This document shows positions 26,151 to 39,760 of a stretch of 64,000 bases of DNA, piece by piece (within the stretch, counting starts at the first letter, position 1; each line of letters starts with the position of its first letter). Location of the stretch: positions 7,008,001-7,072,000 of the forward strand of contig CM075988.1 in assembly GCA_038087875.1 (NCBI GenBank). The letters are read 5' to 3'. Made by a program: the position numbers and the translations under genes. Source of the DNA: Malacoraja senta (Eukaryota). The notes under the pieces were generated by a model, which ran no database searches, had not been told where the DNA came from, and saw only the letters and a list, made by a program, of their open reading frames with translations.

Positions 26151-29100
26151 AAATCCTATTAGTGATATTGCCTATGTCGGTATATATTGCCTGAGACAGA
26201 CACAACGGCTGCCGCAAACATCCTGGTGCGCTGCCGAGAACGAAGATGGACCTGGCAGACCAGCGCAAATGAAGACTGACTCTGCGGGTTGCCCGCGGCC
26301 ACGAGTGGCGGCAAAGAAGGACCTGGCTGGCCACTGCCTGCAAAGGAAGCTCGGAAGCCGCCGAGTTTGGCCCCGAAGATTGAGTGAGGAGAGGAATGTT
26401 GGTTCGCAAGTCGATAGAGGGTGATGGAGGAGGCCCTGCAGAAGCTTGGGGCTTACCTGGATCGGGGGCGCTCCACTACATCCAGCATGTGGACAGTACG
26501 GTGGACTATGGACTTTTTCTTTTTGTAAATGGTGCCAAAATATGGCGACTGCATGTGTGAGCTATGTAAAAAGAATTTCACTGTGCAGTCCAAACATGAC
26601 AATAAAGAATCATTAAACCATTGTCTTATTCAACATTTCCCCCCCATCTTCTCCTCAACTTAATACAGTTTTTCGCTCTTTCACAATTCTGATGCACTCT
26701 TTGACCTGAAGTGTTAACTCTGATCCCCTTTCCACAGACGTTGCCTGACCTGATGACATTTTTCCATTTCTGACTTTTATAAGCAGTTTGCTTAAGATCT
26801 GTTTTAAAAGAGTTTATGATTGAGAATAAAGCGAGGAACACCATGACATTATTTATTATCAAGGGAGCCAGCATTTATTTGTAAAGAACAAATGATCCCT
26901 TGAAAAAGTGATTGACTATGTTCAAGATTTAAAAAGTGGACGCCAATGCCAGTGGATGTTTTTATATTGTATTACAGTCAGTCTGCTGAAGCTGAAAGTT
27001 AAGTAATTGATGAATAGTTATTAACCTGGCAAGAGAATTGGCCAAGTATCTGAAGACAGGATAGAAATATAGGGCAGTCGGTACAATGACACAATTGCGA
27101 CTAACGGTGCCTAGGAACAAAACAATGACGACATAGAAAGCTACGTATCCAAGAATGTCTATTGGATTAAAGTACTAACTTTTATAGATTCAACAGATTT
27201 AACAAATATATGGCAAATGAATCTGTTATAATGCATGTTTGGATATAATGCTATTAATGAATTGCCGAACACTGTTTGAATTACGCAGGTTGATTTTGTA
27301 GTTTAGCGATACAGCGCGGAAACAGGCCCTACGGCTCACTGAGTCCGCACCAACCAGCGATCCCCGCACATTAGCGCTATCCAACACATACTAGGGACAA
27401 TTTACACTTATACCAAGCCAATTAACCAAGTAACAACGCGATTTTGATCAGGAATTTGAAAACTGTTTTAGGGTTACTTTGGAAATTGACAAGCAGAATA
27501 AAAGCTGTCTTGGAAAAAAGTATTGTTTATATGGAACCTCTCTGCAGTAATCAGACAATATTGTCTCTTAACATGGGGTGCCAGTTTCACTGCAGGAGGC
27601 CATTGGAAATGGACAAAGAATCATTTTATTGTATCATGTATTTTATTGATATTGTGCAGCGATACTCTGTTAAGCAACGTAAAATACAACCTTCAATATT
27701 TTTAGCAGCTTGATACCTACTAAAAATACCTTTTGAAATTGTGAATTTGAAACTCCAGCCCCTAACTCCTTTTTCCCATTTGACAATTGTCTTTATAACA
27801 TGATTTTCTATAAAGCGGAGTTTCTTAGCAACGCAACTATAGTGTAATAGCAGAACTACTCATATTACTGTAAGATGAGTGATTGCTCTGAGGTAGTGTT
27901 TTGGGTGTCTAATTTGAATATCTAATTTACAAAAGACTAGTCCTCAGATACAACAAGTAATTAGGAGTGCTGCCATAATGTTTTTGTTTATTGCCAGATT
28001 AATTAAATAATAATGTAGGGAAGTTATATATGGCGTTCGTGACACCATCTGGAATACTGTGTACAGTGTTGATTATCTTTGCAAGGAGTTGTAGATGTTG
28101 TATAGGTAGCTCATGGAGGGTTTAATATATAAATACATGGAATGGATGAGTTGTCTTCTAATCAACAAATGACCAGGTTGGCGTGTGCCTGTAGTTTAGA
28201 AGAATGAGGATGCCTTGATTGAAATACTGTATTAACTCTTGAGCAACCTCTTTTGGATAGATGTGGTGATGTTTCCTCTTGTGGGAGAATCTAAAACTAG
28301 GGGGTCATTGTTTAAACGTTAGGGGTTACACTATAAGAACATAGAACAGTACAACACAGGATCAGTCCTTTTGGCCCACAATAAATGAAAGATGAGATGT
28401 AATTCCTTTTCAGAGGATCATGAATCTGGAACACTCCTCCTTAAAGGACAGTGCAGCATAGTCTTTGAGAATTTATTCTGCCAGATGTAGGTAAATTCCT
28501 AATAAGCAAGATGCAGAAGGTTACCCTGGGGGGAGGAATGAGATTGCGGTTGAGTATACAGTCAGATCAACCATGATCTTATTAAATGTTGGGACAGGCT
28601 TGAGGGAGGTGGCGTGCTTCATCTAATCCATTTGTTTAAACAGTTCTTTCAATGGTTGGTTGAAATTTGGAATCCTCTTCAGTAAACAGTAAATGATGCA
28701 TAGTTATAAACAGTGGCAATCCCATGTCAAGTTTCTCATTAAAAGCTTGTTTGACATTTCTATTGATGTTTGATGGAACTAAGTTAACTGGGACAAAATA
28801 CTATTTTGTGATGTTCATCTCTGTGCTTTATTTTATAGAATTGACTACTTTGTTGAGAAATTTGATCTTAATTGGAATAATTTATAGGGTTTTAGTGCTG
28901 CATATTCTGACAAGTGCCGTTGATTTAATATGTGATGAGAGGGGAAGGCAATACAGTGGCATCAGGAGGATTTTTTTTTTAAATCAATCAATTTAGGAAT
29001 CAAAGGATCAAGATATTTAATTTTTAAATGATAAATTATATTAACTGTCCATGGGCTTAAAACATCAATTTAATATTTACTTAGCTTTTGTTGCAGAGCA

Positions 29101-29512
29101 ATTTATGGTACTTATGATTACAGCAATAATTGAACTAATGTCAGGTTATGAAACGATCTTAACTTTTGACAAAGTATAGCTTGAACCTGAGGTCAATGGT
29201 TGGAATTCTGAGGTCAAGAGTAGGTGTACAATATGGAATGAAAAAAAATTATTATTATTAAAATGGATTTGGTCAATCTCTGCATTGTAGTATATGAACA
29301 TTAATTTGCCATTCGATCCTGTCAATAGTGACACGACATCTTGATCTTCAATCCCTACGTATTTACAAGTCCAACAGGAATCACTGGATATACAAGTACA
29401 AATTCTTGCCTTGTAGCTAAATAGTGAGTCGGTTAATGTGCTTTCATCATTACAAATGGAACAATTCCTTTTTCCCCCTTAATTTTAGAGATGTTTTTTT
29501 ATTCGTCATAAG

Positions 29513-32174
29513 CAGGGCTGCCAACCCTCACGCATTGAGCGTCAGAATCACGCATTTGGCCAAATTCTCATGCTCTCACGCTGATCACAAATTTCTCACG
29601 CTGGCGAGTCGTTCGCTGCAGCTCCGGCCATGGAGCAGACCATCTGGAAATCATACTTCTACAATGCACTAAAACATGATTTTAATACATCAAATTTGAA
29701 AATGTTCCCACCCTCCACCCCACTCAGTTGCTCCACTCCCTCAACGGTTGTCCCCAAGGCCATTGATCAGTGATTGCTCAGCCTCCCCACTTTCAAAAAC
29801 ACTCCTTGGCCCCTGGTTCAGACAGAGCACTGCCAGATGTGAACTGAGGTTAATTGTCCGTGATGTCTGGATCCCAAAGCTCAGCGCTTAGTGTTTCGGA
29901 GTTGGCTGATGTTATTGATTTGTAATTAGCCTACTATCATTTGTCACTCAACTATTATGTTTGTTTACCTCACTGACCCCCCCCCCCCAAATTCCTTTGA
30001 CAGGTTGAATAGAAATGTCCCCAATCTCGTTGTTTTATTAATTGAACATGTAGATGAACATCCTCAAGGAGTGTAATCAGATGGAAACTGATTCAGATAC
30101 GATGTTTAAGAGCTTGTTCAAAGAAGGGGCATATTTTAAAGGAGTGACAAAGATACTTGCAGGGGAATGTGTGAGGAGGTTATTATTTGTCTTTAGTTTT
30201 AGCTTGAACCAGGACATCCGAAGATTCAAAGTTTAATATAGTCATTGTGCTGAAACTGACGCCAACCAACCACATAATGGATATCATCTATTCCGGAGGT
30301 TTTATTTTTCTGATGCCATTTAAACTTCACTTGGATTTCAATCACTTCAATGTAAAAGTAATTGGGAATGGGGAGCATTGGAACAAAAAATTGCCCTCGG
30401 TACATATTAACTGTAATATAATAATGTATGCATGTTGGTAGGTGCAATCAAAACGAAGATCTTTTTATCATTGTTGTGTTATGAATACCCCAGAAAATAT
30501 TATGTACTCTCAAGATCACATTTAATAGAATAATATTGCTTAAATATATAGTTATTGGACTGTATTTCGGAAAACTCCCAGCTGAGAGGAAGACAGCAAA
30601 ATACTGAAAATATTGGGGGTGAAAATGACTTCAGGACAGTTTGTTAGGAAAATGAAGGAAATGGTAACAGAATACTTATACAGCTAAGTGAGTATAATTT
30701 TAGGGATGAGAAATTGTGTTCAACCAATTGATGACTTCTTTGACAAAGTAATTGGCATGTTAGATAACAAGGAAGCCAATGGATGTAGCAAATTTTGTTA
30801 TACAAAATTTGGTCTGTGAAGTGCCCCATAAAAGATTACCGCATTAGATAAGTACCTGCAGACTTGAACATAATAGGTTAAGTCCAGGGGGTCAGATATG
30901 GGGCTTTATGTGTGGGCCAGATATATTGTCAGTGCAGAGGGGCTAGGAGCAATGCCAAGTGTGCATCCAGAGTTAAGTTCTGGAATATTACTAGGTGTGC
31001 TGTCAAAGCTGGGACAATGGGAGTGTTCAGCACTGGGAACCTAAGCAGGTAAGCAGCTATGATCAGGGTAGAATAGGGGGCCAGGTGTAAGGCTGGACTC
31101 GGGGTCAAAATGAGAGAAGGTATGCAACTGGAGTCAGGGTCAGGAGTATTACCAGGTGTGCAGTGAGACCCAGGTTGGTCAACATGGGCCAATTGTTTGA
31201 TTATAATCTGATTTCTATCCATGAATATACTAAGATCATTAATGTGCTGCACCTGTTGATCAGAGTCTGGCTCTACTGTGGAATGTAATTTAGCCTAACT
31301 TTATTTATAGCTAATCAAATTGAAAGCATAAATATTGCATTCAAGTGCTAGTTAAAAGACTCGCTACAGTATTGATTGATTGATTGATTGATTAGATGTT
31401 ATTGTCATTTGAACCTCAAAGAGGCTCAAACGAAATTCCATTTCCACAGCCATACAAACAAAACAATTCCTACACGACACACAAACAATTCAATCTACAG
31501 AAAAACATCCATCACAGTGAATCTCCTCCTCACTGTGATGGAAGGCAAAGTCTTTTCTCTCCCCTGCACCATTTTTCTCCCGATGTTGAAGCCCCAGGCG
31601 GGCAATGTTAAGTCCCACGGCCGTTGAGGCCGCGCCGGGCGGTGTACGGCCTCGCTCCGGGCCCAAAAGTCACCAAGTTGGAGCCCCCGGCGGGCGCTGG
31701 AATGTCCCGCGGCCATTAAGCCGCGCCGGGGGATTTACGGCCCCGCTCCGGGTCGTTCCAACCCTGCGACGCGGGCGGGAGAAGTTGCGTTGCGGGAGCT
31801 CCGGAAAGCGGTCTCTCACCCGGACCCGCGAGCTCCCGATGTCACAGTCCACGGGTCTGCAGCTGCAGCTGGAGCTCCGGAGTTGGGCCGCAGCAGCGAG
31901 CCACCACCGCTCCTCACGCTCCGAGGCCGGGCAGCCCCACGATGGTAAGTCTGCAGGCTCCGCGACTGGAGCCCCCAGGTCGTCCCGGTCGGAGGCCGCT
32001 CCACGGAGCTAGGCCCCAACGACAACGGAGACCCGACAGGGAAAAGGTCGGGTCTCCCGTGCAGGGAAGAGATTTTTTTAAGTTTCCCCCCTCCCCCCCC
32101 GGTTGCTACGCTCCCTCAGGCTTGGTCCCTCACAATTTCTCATTCACAACTCTCACCCAATGTTGGCAGCCCTG
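29513..32174. mobile_element. Non-autonomous TIR DNA transposon (hAT- or P-like) with nested insertions
   Basis: Perfect 13-bp TIR CAGGGCTGCCAAC / GTTGGCAGCCCTG. TCATAAG on both flanks (29506-29512, 32175-32181). Subterminal CTCAC repeats. Confidence 0.8.
31371..32100 (-). mobile_element. GC-rich non-coding retroposon (copy B)
   Basis: Homologous to copy A. (CAAT)n tail; hairpins at 31405-31433 and 31509-31541. Confidence 0.65.
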
Positions 32175-32731
32175 TCATAAGTGAAACATTTTTAGATCCA
32201 GTCTAACGGGAGACATCTTTATCGGGTAACTGATTGACTGAGGAGTTGCAGGTCTTAATGTTCTGCAGACTTGATCAAATGCCTTGCATGTTGAGAAAGC
32301 TTTCAGTTTCACTTTCTGAATGAAGCATTTGTTTAAAAAGATGTTATTTGTGTGCATGTGCACTGTTATATCTGATAATAAATTTTCACCATGACTAACT
32401 TTGTTAATATCCGTCATGTTCCCCGGTTCATTAAAATGTGCACAGAATAACTTCCTTTTTTGTAAATTATTCTACAAAAAGTAGAATTACAGTTTTTTTG
32501 CATAAAAGTGCTAAAATTATATCATCTAAAATCATTGTTTTGTTGCATTTTAGTCAATGGTGATTTCTTAACATAGGTTAAACGTTGTATAGCTTATTAG
32601 ACTGCAGTAGCTTGAGATGATTTTTGAAACTGATTCTAAAACTGCTTCCATGAATTGGTAAAGAGATTAAAAAAGATGACAAAATGAGTTTTCTAGCTAA
32701 GTTTATGATTTGCATGCTTTCTGCTTTCCAG

Positions 32732-32887
32732 AATCCGGCATCTCGAAGTGAGAGGGAATTAAGTGTCACAGAAGATTTCACATGTTTGAAAGACCAACAT
32801 GACCTGCCTGCAGAGTTGCAGGAACAGTCTCAGCAATCAACAGATGGGAAGCATGTTACTTTCAAGCCTGAGCTACAGAATGAGAAG
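32732..32887 (+). CDS. CCDC15: CCDC15 coding exon 5
   Basis: ttccag| NPASRSERELSVTEDF...DGKHVTFKPELQNEK |gttaga; 156 nt, phase 0-0. Weaker similarity than the other exons. Confidence 0.78.
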
Positions 32888-33731
32888 GTTAGACTTTGGC
32901 TTCTCCAAACTCCCCAGCAGTAAGCATCAGACCAAAATCCATATGTATGATTTGAATATCAATGATGCATTTTAATCAGCAAAAAAATTATACTTAAAAA
33001 AACAAAACTTAAATCTATTTTTAATTTCTGCTTATTTAAATTTATCTCTTTTGTTGAAACAAATCTTATCATCTTGAGCTTAATTCCTCAGAGGGCAAGT
33101 AGAATCCTTGTGCCTTCTTCCTGGGTTACTTCAGAGAATTATTTCAGAAAGTGTAGCAATCATCTTGATTTATATAACTCCAATATAATTCTGTTGAATA
33201 AAGCTGATGCATTTATCAACATGAAATATTTACACCACTTTTCCTTATTGCCAATGCAAGTTGATTCTAAAGCATAAAACTGCAGTTCACCTGTTAATTC
33301 TGGATTACAATGTCACTCTTACGTGCCATAGAAAAAAAGAGAAATTCAATTATTGCATAGTGTATTTGGGATACATTTAGATTGAAGAACTTTTCTTGAG
33401 ACACTATAATGACATTGAGATTCTTAATGTGGTGAATGGATTCAGAAATTAGAAATCAGATTGTTTCGTCAGTTCAGTTAACTTCACCTTGAAAACTATG
33501 AAAAGTCTATTGAAGGATTGTCTTAATAAAGACCATGCAGGGAAAGAAGCCCTGCTAACCGCAAGTGACATAGTTGCATTTAACTTTTTTAAATGAGCAG
33601 AGGGGCTGGTATTATGAATAGAAGTCCAAAGCATGCATGAAAACAGCTTAATCAATTTATACATGCACTGGTATCTCATTTAAAACTTATGCTGATGAAA
33701 TCAGTTCTAAAAGATGTCATAGAATATTTAA

Positions 33732-33956
33732 GGTAGACACAAAATGCTGGAGTAAATCAGCAGGACAGGCAGCATCTCTGGAGAGACGCAATGGGTGACG
33801 TTTCGGGTCGAGACCATTCTTCAGTGTGAGTCTGAAGAAGGGTCCCAGCCCGAAACGTCACCCATTCCTTCTCTCAAGAGATGCTGCCTGTCACACTGAG
33901 TTACTCCAGCATTTTGTGCCTATTTTCGATTTAAACCAGCATTTGCAGTCCTTACA
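33732..33956. mobile_element. Palindromic PLE-derived element with back-to-back hammerhead motifs
   Basis: Inverted arms of about 90 nt; motifs at 33824-33797 (-) and 33832-33859 (+). Confidence 0.75.
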
Positions 33957-33974
33957 TATATTTGTGTGTTTCAG

Positions 33975-34094
33975 GCCTGTAGCAGACTTAATCGTGAGCC
34001 ATATCCCATGGGTTCCTACCTCGGATTTAGTACTGACTACAAGGCAACGGGCATCCTGCAGCCAGGTGTGGACCAGGAAGAGAGTAAGAAACAG
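33975..34094 (+). CDS. CCDC15: CCDC15 coding exon 6
   Basis: tttcag| ACSRLNREP...GFSTDYKATGILQPGVDQEESKKQ |gtatgt; resembles the recalled human GLSTEFQAPLAFQSDVDKEEDKKE; 120 nt. Confidence 0.9.
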
Positions 34095-34374
34095 GTATGT
34101 TCCCCTGCCTTAGAGATCAGTTAAACAAATTATTTGTTATGATGGTTCACAGATGTTCTTAGTCTATCTTATTGACTATTTTTGATAGAAGAAGGAAAGC
34201 TTTATTTTAGGAAGCTAAAATCTAATATTCATTTATATGCCTTCTAATGACCTACCCACCTCACTTAAATGCAGAAAGTTAGAATTTCAATGAAATGACC
34301 CATTAAAAGTTAAGATGACCTCGTACCCGGCATGATACAACCTCCAGTCCCTGCTTCAATTTACCATTGGGTTA

Positions 34375-34705
34375 TACAGCATGGAAACTGATCCTTCGGC
34401 CCAACTTGCCCACACTGACCAACATGCCCCATCTACACTAGTCTCATCTGCCTGCATTTGGCCCATAACCCTTGTTCAACCTGTCCAAATGTTTCTTAAA
34501 CGTTGTGATACTACCTGCCTCAACTAACATCCTCATGCACCTAATTCCATGCATCCACACCCTCTATATGAAAAGTCACCCCTCAGGCTCTTGTTGAATC
34601 TTTCCCCCATCAACTTAAACCAATGTCCTCTGGTTCTTGTTTCCTCTACTCTGGGCAAGAGACTCTGTGCGTCTACCCGATCTATTCCTCTCATCATTTT
34701 GTGCA
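34375..34705 (-). mobile_element. CR1/HER1 3' fragment
   Basis: Minus ORF contains KMMRGIDRVDAQSLLPRVEETRTRGH. Confidence 0.75.
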
Positions 34706-36423
34706 CCAATTCCAGAAAACCAGCCTTGTCTCTCTGAACTGGCCAGCTCTGATGAAAGGCCATTCACTGTAACATTAACTCGGTTTCTCTGTTCCCTTGG
34801 ATGTTGCTGGATACTTTCATCATTCTCTTATATGGTCACTGCAACATTTTGTATTTTACAGTTCCAGCAGCACCTTGATTCTCCCAACACTCGCCTCCAC
34901 TTGACATAATTTAATAGTAATCGTTTAAACTCCCAACCAGAATGCTTTTGTGATGGGGAAGGTAGATAGAGCAACTCATGGCACCCTACATGTTGACAAG
35001 GGCAGTGTGCAAGCTGTACGTAGACTGCAGCAGAGAGCAGGTGAACTCTGATCCATGGACCTGTGATGCAACAGTATTACCTGCTTTGTCACTGTGCTGG
35101 CCTCATCTTCCATTTGCAAGTCTGCAGGGTAGTTCACTTTGTACATCAATATTTACCAGTCTATTCATAATTGACAAGACTTCACCATGCTCTTTCAGCC
35201 ATCACTACCAAATCTTGTCATTTAATCTATCTTAATCTATATCCAATAACAAACACTTTAGATGTCTTTCCTGCCCTAACTGTCCGCAATGTAAAATCTC
35301 AGATTTTTTTTCCTCTTAGTCCTTATGCAGGGTACATTGGTAACTCTGTTTCTTCCTCCACAGATGCTATCTGTTTTTACTTTATTGTCCTGCAGATGTT
35401 GATACGGATGCTGCAAATGCTATCAAAGATCCTGGGGTTAGATAATGCCTGTGCTCCAGTTCCTCATTTGCGGACAAACAATAATGTATCTAATAAATAA
35501 CTAAATATATGAAAAATACAGTATAACATTGATAATTAAGAGGTTATTCAATTGAGTTTAAAAAATGTAAGGAAGACTATTATTTAAATAGTGATAGATT
35601 AATATATAATTACTTGCAGAAGGATCTAGATGTCCTTCTTTAAAAAAAAACAAGAATGCAAGTGTGGTAAGCTGTTAAAGGCAAAATAGTACATTTTACT
35701 TCTAGTAAAAGGCAAATAGTACATTGGCCATATTGCAAGAGGTTTTGAGTAAATAAAGATGCCACCCTCCAGTCTTCCAGTACCTTCCCTGTGACTATGA
35801 AAATATCTCTGCCAGGGCCCTAGAAATTTCTTACCTTGCTTTCCACAATGTTCAAAGTATGCTTGGGCAGGCCCTGGGGATTTTTCAACCTTAATATTCT
35901 TTAATACTGCGATCACCTCCTCTTTTGTAATTCAGGGATGGTGCAACATATGACTACTAATTTCCCTCAATTTCTTTGCTTCCATGACTGAATGTCAGAA
36001 TATATCTCATGTTGAATGTTAGAACACGCTTAAAGGGCTGAATGGCTTGCTGCTGCGACTATTTTTCAAAGAATCAGCTGAAGTAGGTCCAGCTGTATTG
36101 CTCCATTGAAATCAAATAATCTGTTGAAATTGACTGGAAATTCTGATACAAACCACGGAAAAGCAAATCTATTTATTAATTGATGTACAATTTTACGATT
36201 GCAATCAAAATATCAACTGTCATCTTTTAGTTAACTTTGAGCCACCTCGGTGCTACAGCTGCTTTATCGATGAACATGTTCAAATAACTTATTTACTGTG
36301 TTAAAGCATGGCAGTTTCAAAGCGGGAGCCACATCTAACAGGCATGATCACCTGCAAATCATTAGTGTGCTACAAAGTTAGAGAGTAACGCAGGCCTATT
36401 TCCATTTTGATCTATTTTCCCAG

Positions 36424-36527
36424 CGAGGCAGCCAGTATATGATGTATCGTCGCCTCTTCATGGATATTGAACGAGAGCAGGTGAAAGAACAACGGCGCCA
36501 TCAGCAACATTTGAAGAGAATAGCAAA
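36424..36527 (+). CDS. CCDC15: CCDC15 coding exon 7
   Basis: cccag| RGSQYMMYRRLFMDIEREQVKEQRRHQQHLKRIA(K) |gtgagt; contains the RRLFMDIEREQVKEQ hallmark; phase 0-2. Confidence 0.95.
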
Positions 36528-36875
36528 GTGAGTGGTCTGTTTTCTTACACACAGACTGATGCAGAAGGAGGTCATTCAGCCCTTTGGATTTATTCTGGCT
36601 CGTAGCAGAGCTATCCCATTCCCCTTGTTAATCCTGGCTAAATTGGACCAGTCAGGACTTCAAAATGGAGTTAAGTTTCAGGGCTTGCTGGGAGATTTGG
36701 TCAAATTGGGATTGCTCTCTGCAGAGCTGGGACAAGCTGCGAGAGGTGCCAGATAGTCTGGAACTTAGATACAATTCATATGCAAAGGGTAGGATTGTCA
36801 ATCTGATACCAAATGCATAGAATGGATTGGGTGGTTGCAAACTAGATATACATTTTGTAAATAGCTTGTAAATAA

Positions 36876-37343
36876 TGTGGCAGAATCAGACACTGCTGGA
36901 TGTTTATTGGATGGGGTGTTAAGCCTGAGAGTTCTGTTAATCAGGGTCAATGTTTCAATAGTTGACTTCATCTCGAAGTCCGTTGTGAATACAATGTATT
37001 GAACTGTTGTATCATTGATTTAGGGAAATGTCTGTTATGTATGGGTTAATCGATATCTGTAATTGGAAGACAACCCCTGTGTGGTTCGGCCCTCAGGTTC
37101 GTGGGGCATATAAAAGGCTGTGATCATGAGGCTCAAGGTCGATCTTTTGGAGAACTTCTGGAGTGTCTCTGTCTGCACGAGGCCTAGAGGGCTTGAACAG
37201 ATAGACACAGGGATCGAACCCGTGGTGGGGGATAGGTACAGTGTGGGATCTGTGACGCGCTTTTGGTAAAATAAAATTTAGTTCAAGTGCTTGATTCAGT
37301 GTTTTTACTGATACTAGACTGGGGGGAAGCTCAGAAACGAGCA
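36876..37343 (+). mobile_element. Possible solo LTR
   Basis: TG...CA ends, TATAAAA at 37109, AATAAA at 37270. Flanks ATAA / ATTA are an imperfect TSD. Confidence 0.4.
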
Positions 37344-37361
37344 ATTATCACCCTCACCTTA

Positions 37362-37594
37362 AGGGCCTGTCCCACTTACGCAATTTTTTCAGCGACTACT
37401 GGCACCCGTCATAGTCGCAGCATGTCGCCTGTATGGTCGTGGTGACGCCTGTTTGGTTGTGCGTAGTCACCCAAAGAGTCGTACCTTTTTCTGGTCGCTG
37501 CCGGATTTTCAACATGTTGAACATTTTCGGCGACCTGCGACTATGACAGGTGCCGGCAAGTCGCCGAAAAAATCTCGTATGTGGGACAGACCCT
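37362..37594. mobile_element. PIF/Harbinger-type MITE
   Basis: TIR AGGGCCTGTCCCAC / GTGGGACAGACCCT; TTA on both flanks. Confidence 0.8.
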
Positions 37595-38251
37595 TTATTT
37601 CTTTAAATTGTCAGCATTTATTTTCTCTTAAAATGGCCATCAATTTCCCTTTGATTCGTTTTGACATGGTCTATTCTAAGGCATAATTTACAGTAGCCAA
37701 TTAATCTATTTCTGTCTGTGATATAAGAGGAAACCAGAACACTTGGTGGAAACCACATGGCCACAAGAAAAGTGTAGAAACTCTATAATGACTGTCCACA
37801 AGGTAAGTACATTGGAGCTGTGAGGCGGCTCCACATGTAGCAATGTTGAAAATAAACAAATTAATTGTTGCTTCACTAACAAAACAGAATCCAATTTTGT
37901 TCCTCTTTTGCTATAAAAAAATCTCCCTGCACAGAATTTGGCTCCCAAAATATTAAATAATGAGCAAATCATATTTGACTTGAACTTGAATAAAAGGGTT
38001 TTATGGAAATTAATCTATCAGAAGCAGGAGGGATTACATTAGTAAAGTATTCATTATGTCATCTTAAAACATTCTTAATACTTGAGGGTAGGACTGAGTG
38101 AAAAAGTAATAATTGATCTTAACATATGCCATATTTATAAATGCATTTCACATTAGCTTTGTTAATTCAAACTGAAATATATACACCATAACCTTTAGTT
38201 TGTGTCTTTATCTCAAAAATGAATTCATGTTCCTTGTTTTTTTTAATTCAG

Positions 38252-38413
38252 AATTAAGGAGGAAAAGGAGAAGCTAAGAAAAGCAGAAGAAAAAAGGATG
38301 ATTGAGTTTGCTCATCAAAGCGAACTAGGGATTCAATGTGGAAGGACTGCTCAGTTAAAGGAAGAGGAAAAACAGAGGGCAGCCAAAAGCCAACGGAATA
38401 GAGAGAGCGCAAG
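38252..38413 (+). CDS. CCDC15: CCDC15 coding exon 8
   Basis: ttcag| IKEEKEKLRKAEEKRMIEF...QRNRESA(R) |gtatac; 162 nt, phase 2-2. Confidence 0.9.
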
Positions 38414-38784
38414 GTATACTGTTTGATTTTAAGAACATTGACATCGTTTATTGACTGAGTCACTAATTGAATTGTTCACGAGTTTATTCTTCAAGAGATA
38501 CAATATGCACGATCTTAATCCCATAATTTAAAAAATGCAGAGAGCAGTATCAGCCACCACATATAGCCCTTTTCAACCTTACAAAAACATTCAATTGTCA
38601 AATGAGGAATTGTGGTGAACTCTTCTAAAACTTAATTGCTCTTCAAAATTCATCTCCTTTCTTCGTCTTCTGATTTTAAAACTCTGATTCTAACCAACAA
38701 ATCCACTACAAACTAAATCCCAGTGCAAATTGGATTCTAGCAAGACTGGAATGTCTCTCCATCTATGTAGCTTTCTCTGTAGTA

Positions 38785-39105
38785 TGTTTAGTTCAGTTTT
38801 GGAGGTAATGCTTGGAAACAGGCCCTTTGATTTATCAAGTGTACACTGACCATTAATGTCCCGTTCATATTAGTTCCATGTCATCCCACTTTTGCATCCA
38901 CACGGTAGGGATAAATTACAGAGGCCAATTAACCTACAAATCCGCACGTCTTTGGAATGTGCGAGGAAACCAGAGCACCCAGAGGAAGCTCATGTGGTTA
39001 TAGGGAGAATGTACTAACTACACACAACCAGCATCTGAGGTTAGGATCGAACCCGTGTCTTTAGTGCTGTGCAGCAGCGCTACTAACTGCGCCACTGTGC
39101 TGTCA
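38785..39105 (-). mobile_element. HE1-type V-SINE
   Basis: Reverse complement of the 9205 family; B box at GGATCGAACCC. Confidence 0.7.
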
Positions 39106-39319
39106 TTGTATGTTGAATAGCAACAAGAGAGAATCAGATGATAAGATAATAAAGTAGGGAGGTTATCCCTGTCTCTCTTAGACAATTTATAAGTAACAGG
39201 GGGAGAAGCTTGTTAAAATATCCACACGTTCGGTCCTATTAAAATACAGATACAAATTTATATGTACAAGTGAAAAATATGAGCATTGATACAATCTTGG
39301 GATTCTAAGGTGTACAACC

Positions 39320-39760
39320 TGTAAGAGTAGGAAAGAATTTCAGATGCTGGTTTACTCCGAAGATAAGACACAGATGCTGGAGTAACTCAGCGGGTCAGGC
39401 AGCATCTCTGGAGAAAAGGAAGAGATGGCGTTTCGGGTCGAGACCCTTCTTCAGACGAAGAGTCGGAAGCGAGAAACCTGAAGTATGAAAAGGTTCAGAA
39501 CAAATCAGAGCCGGTCCCAATGACCAAGGAAAGGTGGAGCCCACATTGGTCAATTGTTGGCTGTGGAAGAGGTGATAACGAAGGGATATTGGACGCAAGC
39601 GGTGGAACTAACAGGAACTAGCACCAGGGTGGGGGAGGGGTAGCGAGAGAGATGGAATGCATGGGTTACTTAAAATTAGAGAGAACTAGCACCACCTCAT
39701 ATTTTGCTTGGGCAGCTTACAACCCAGCGGTATGAATATTGATTTCTCCAATTTTAAGTA
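39320..39760 (-). mobile_element. Penelope-like terminal repeat with short inverted ORF end
   Basis: Same family as 10590. Hammerhead-like motif at 39454-39427 with GCC at the cleavage triplet. Confidence 0.7.
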
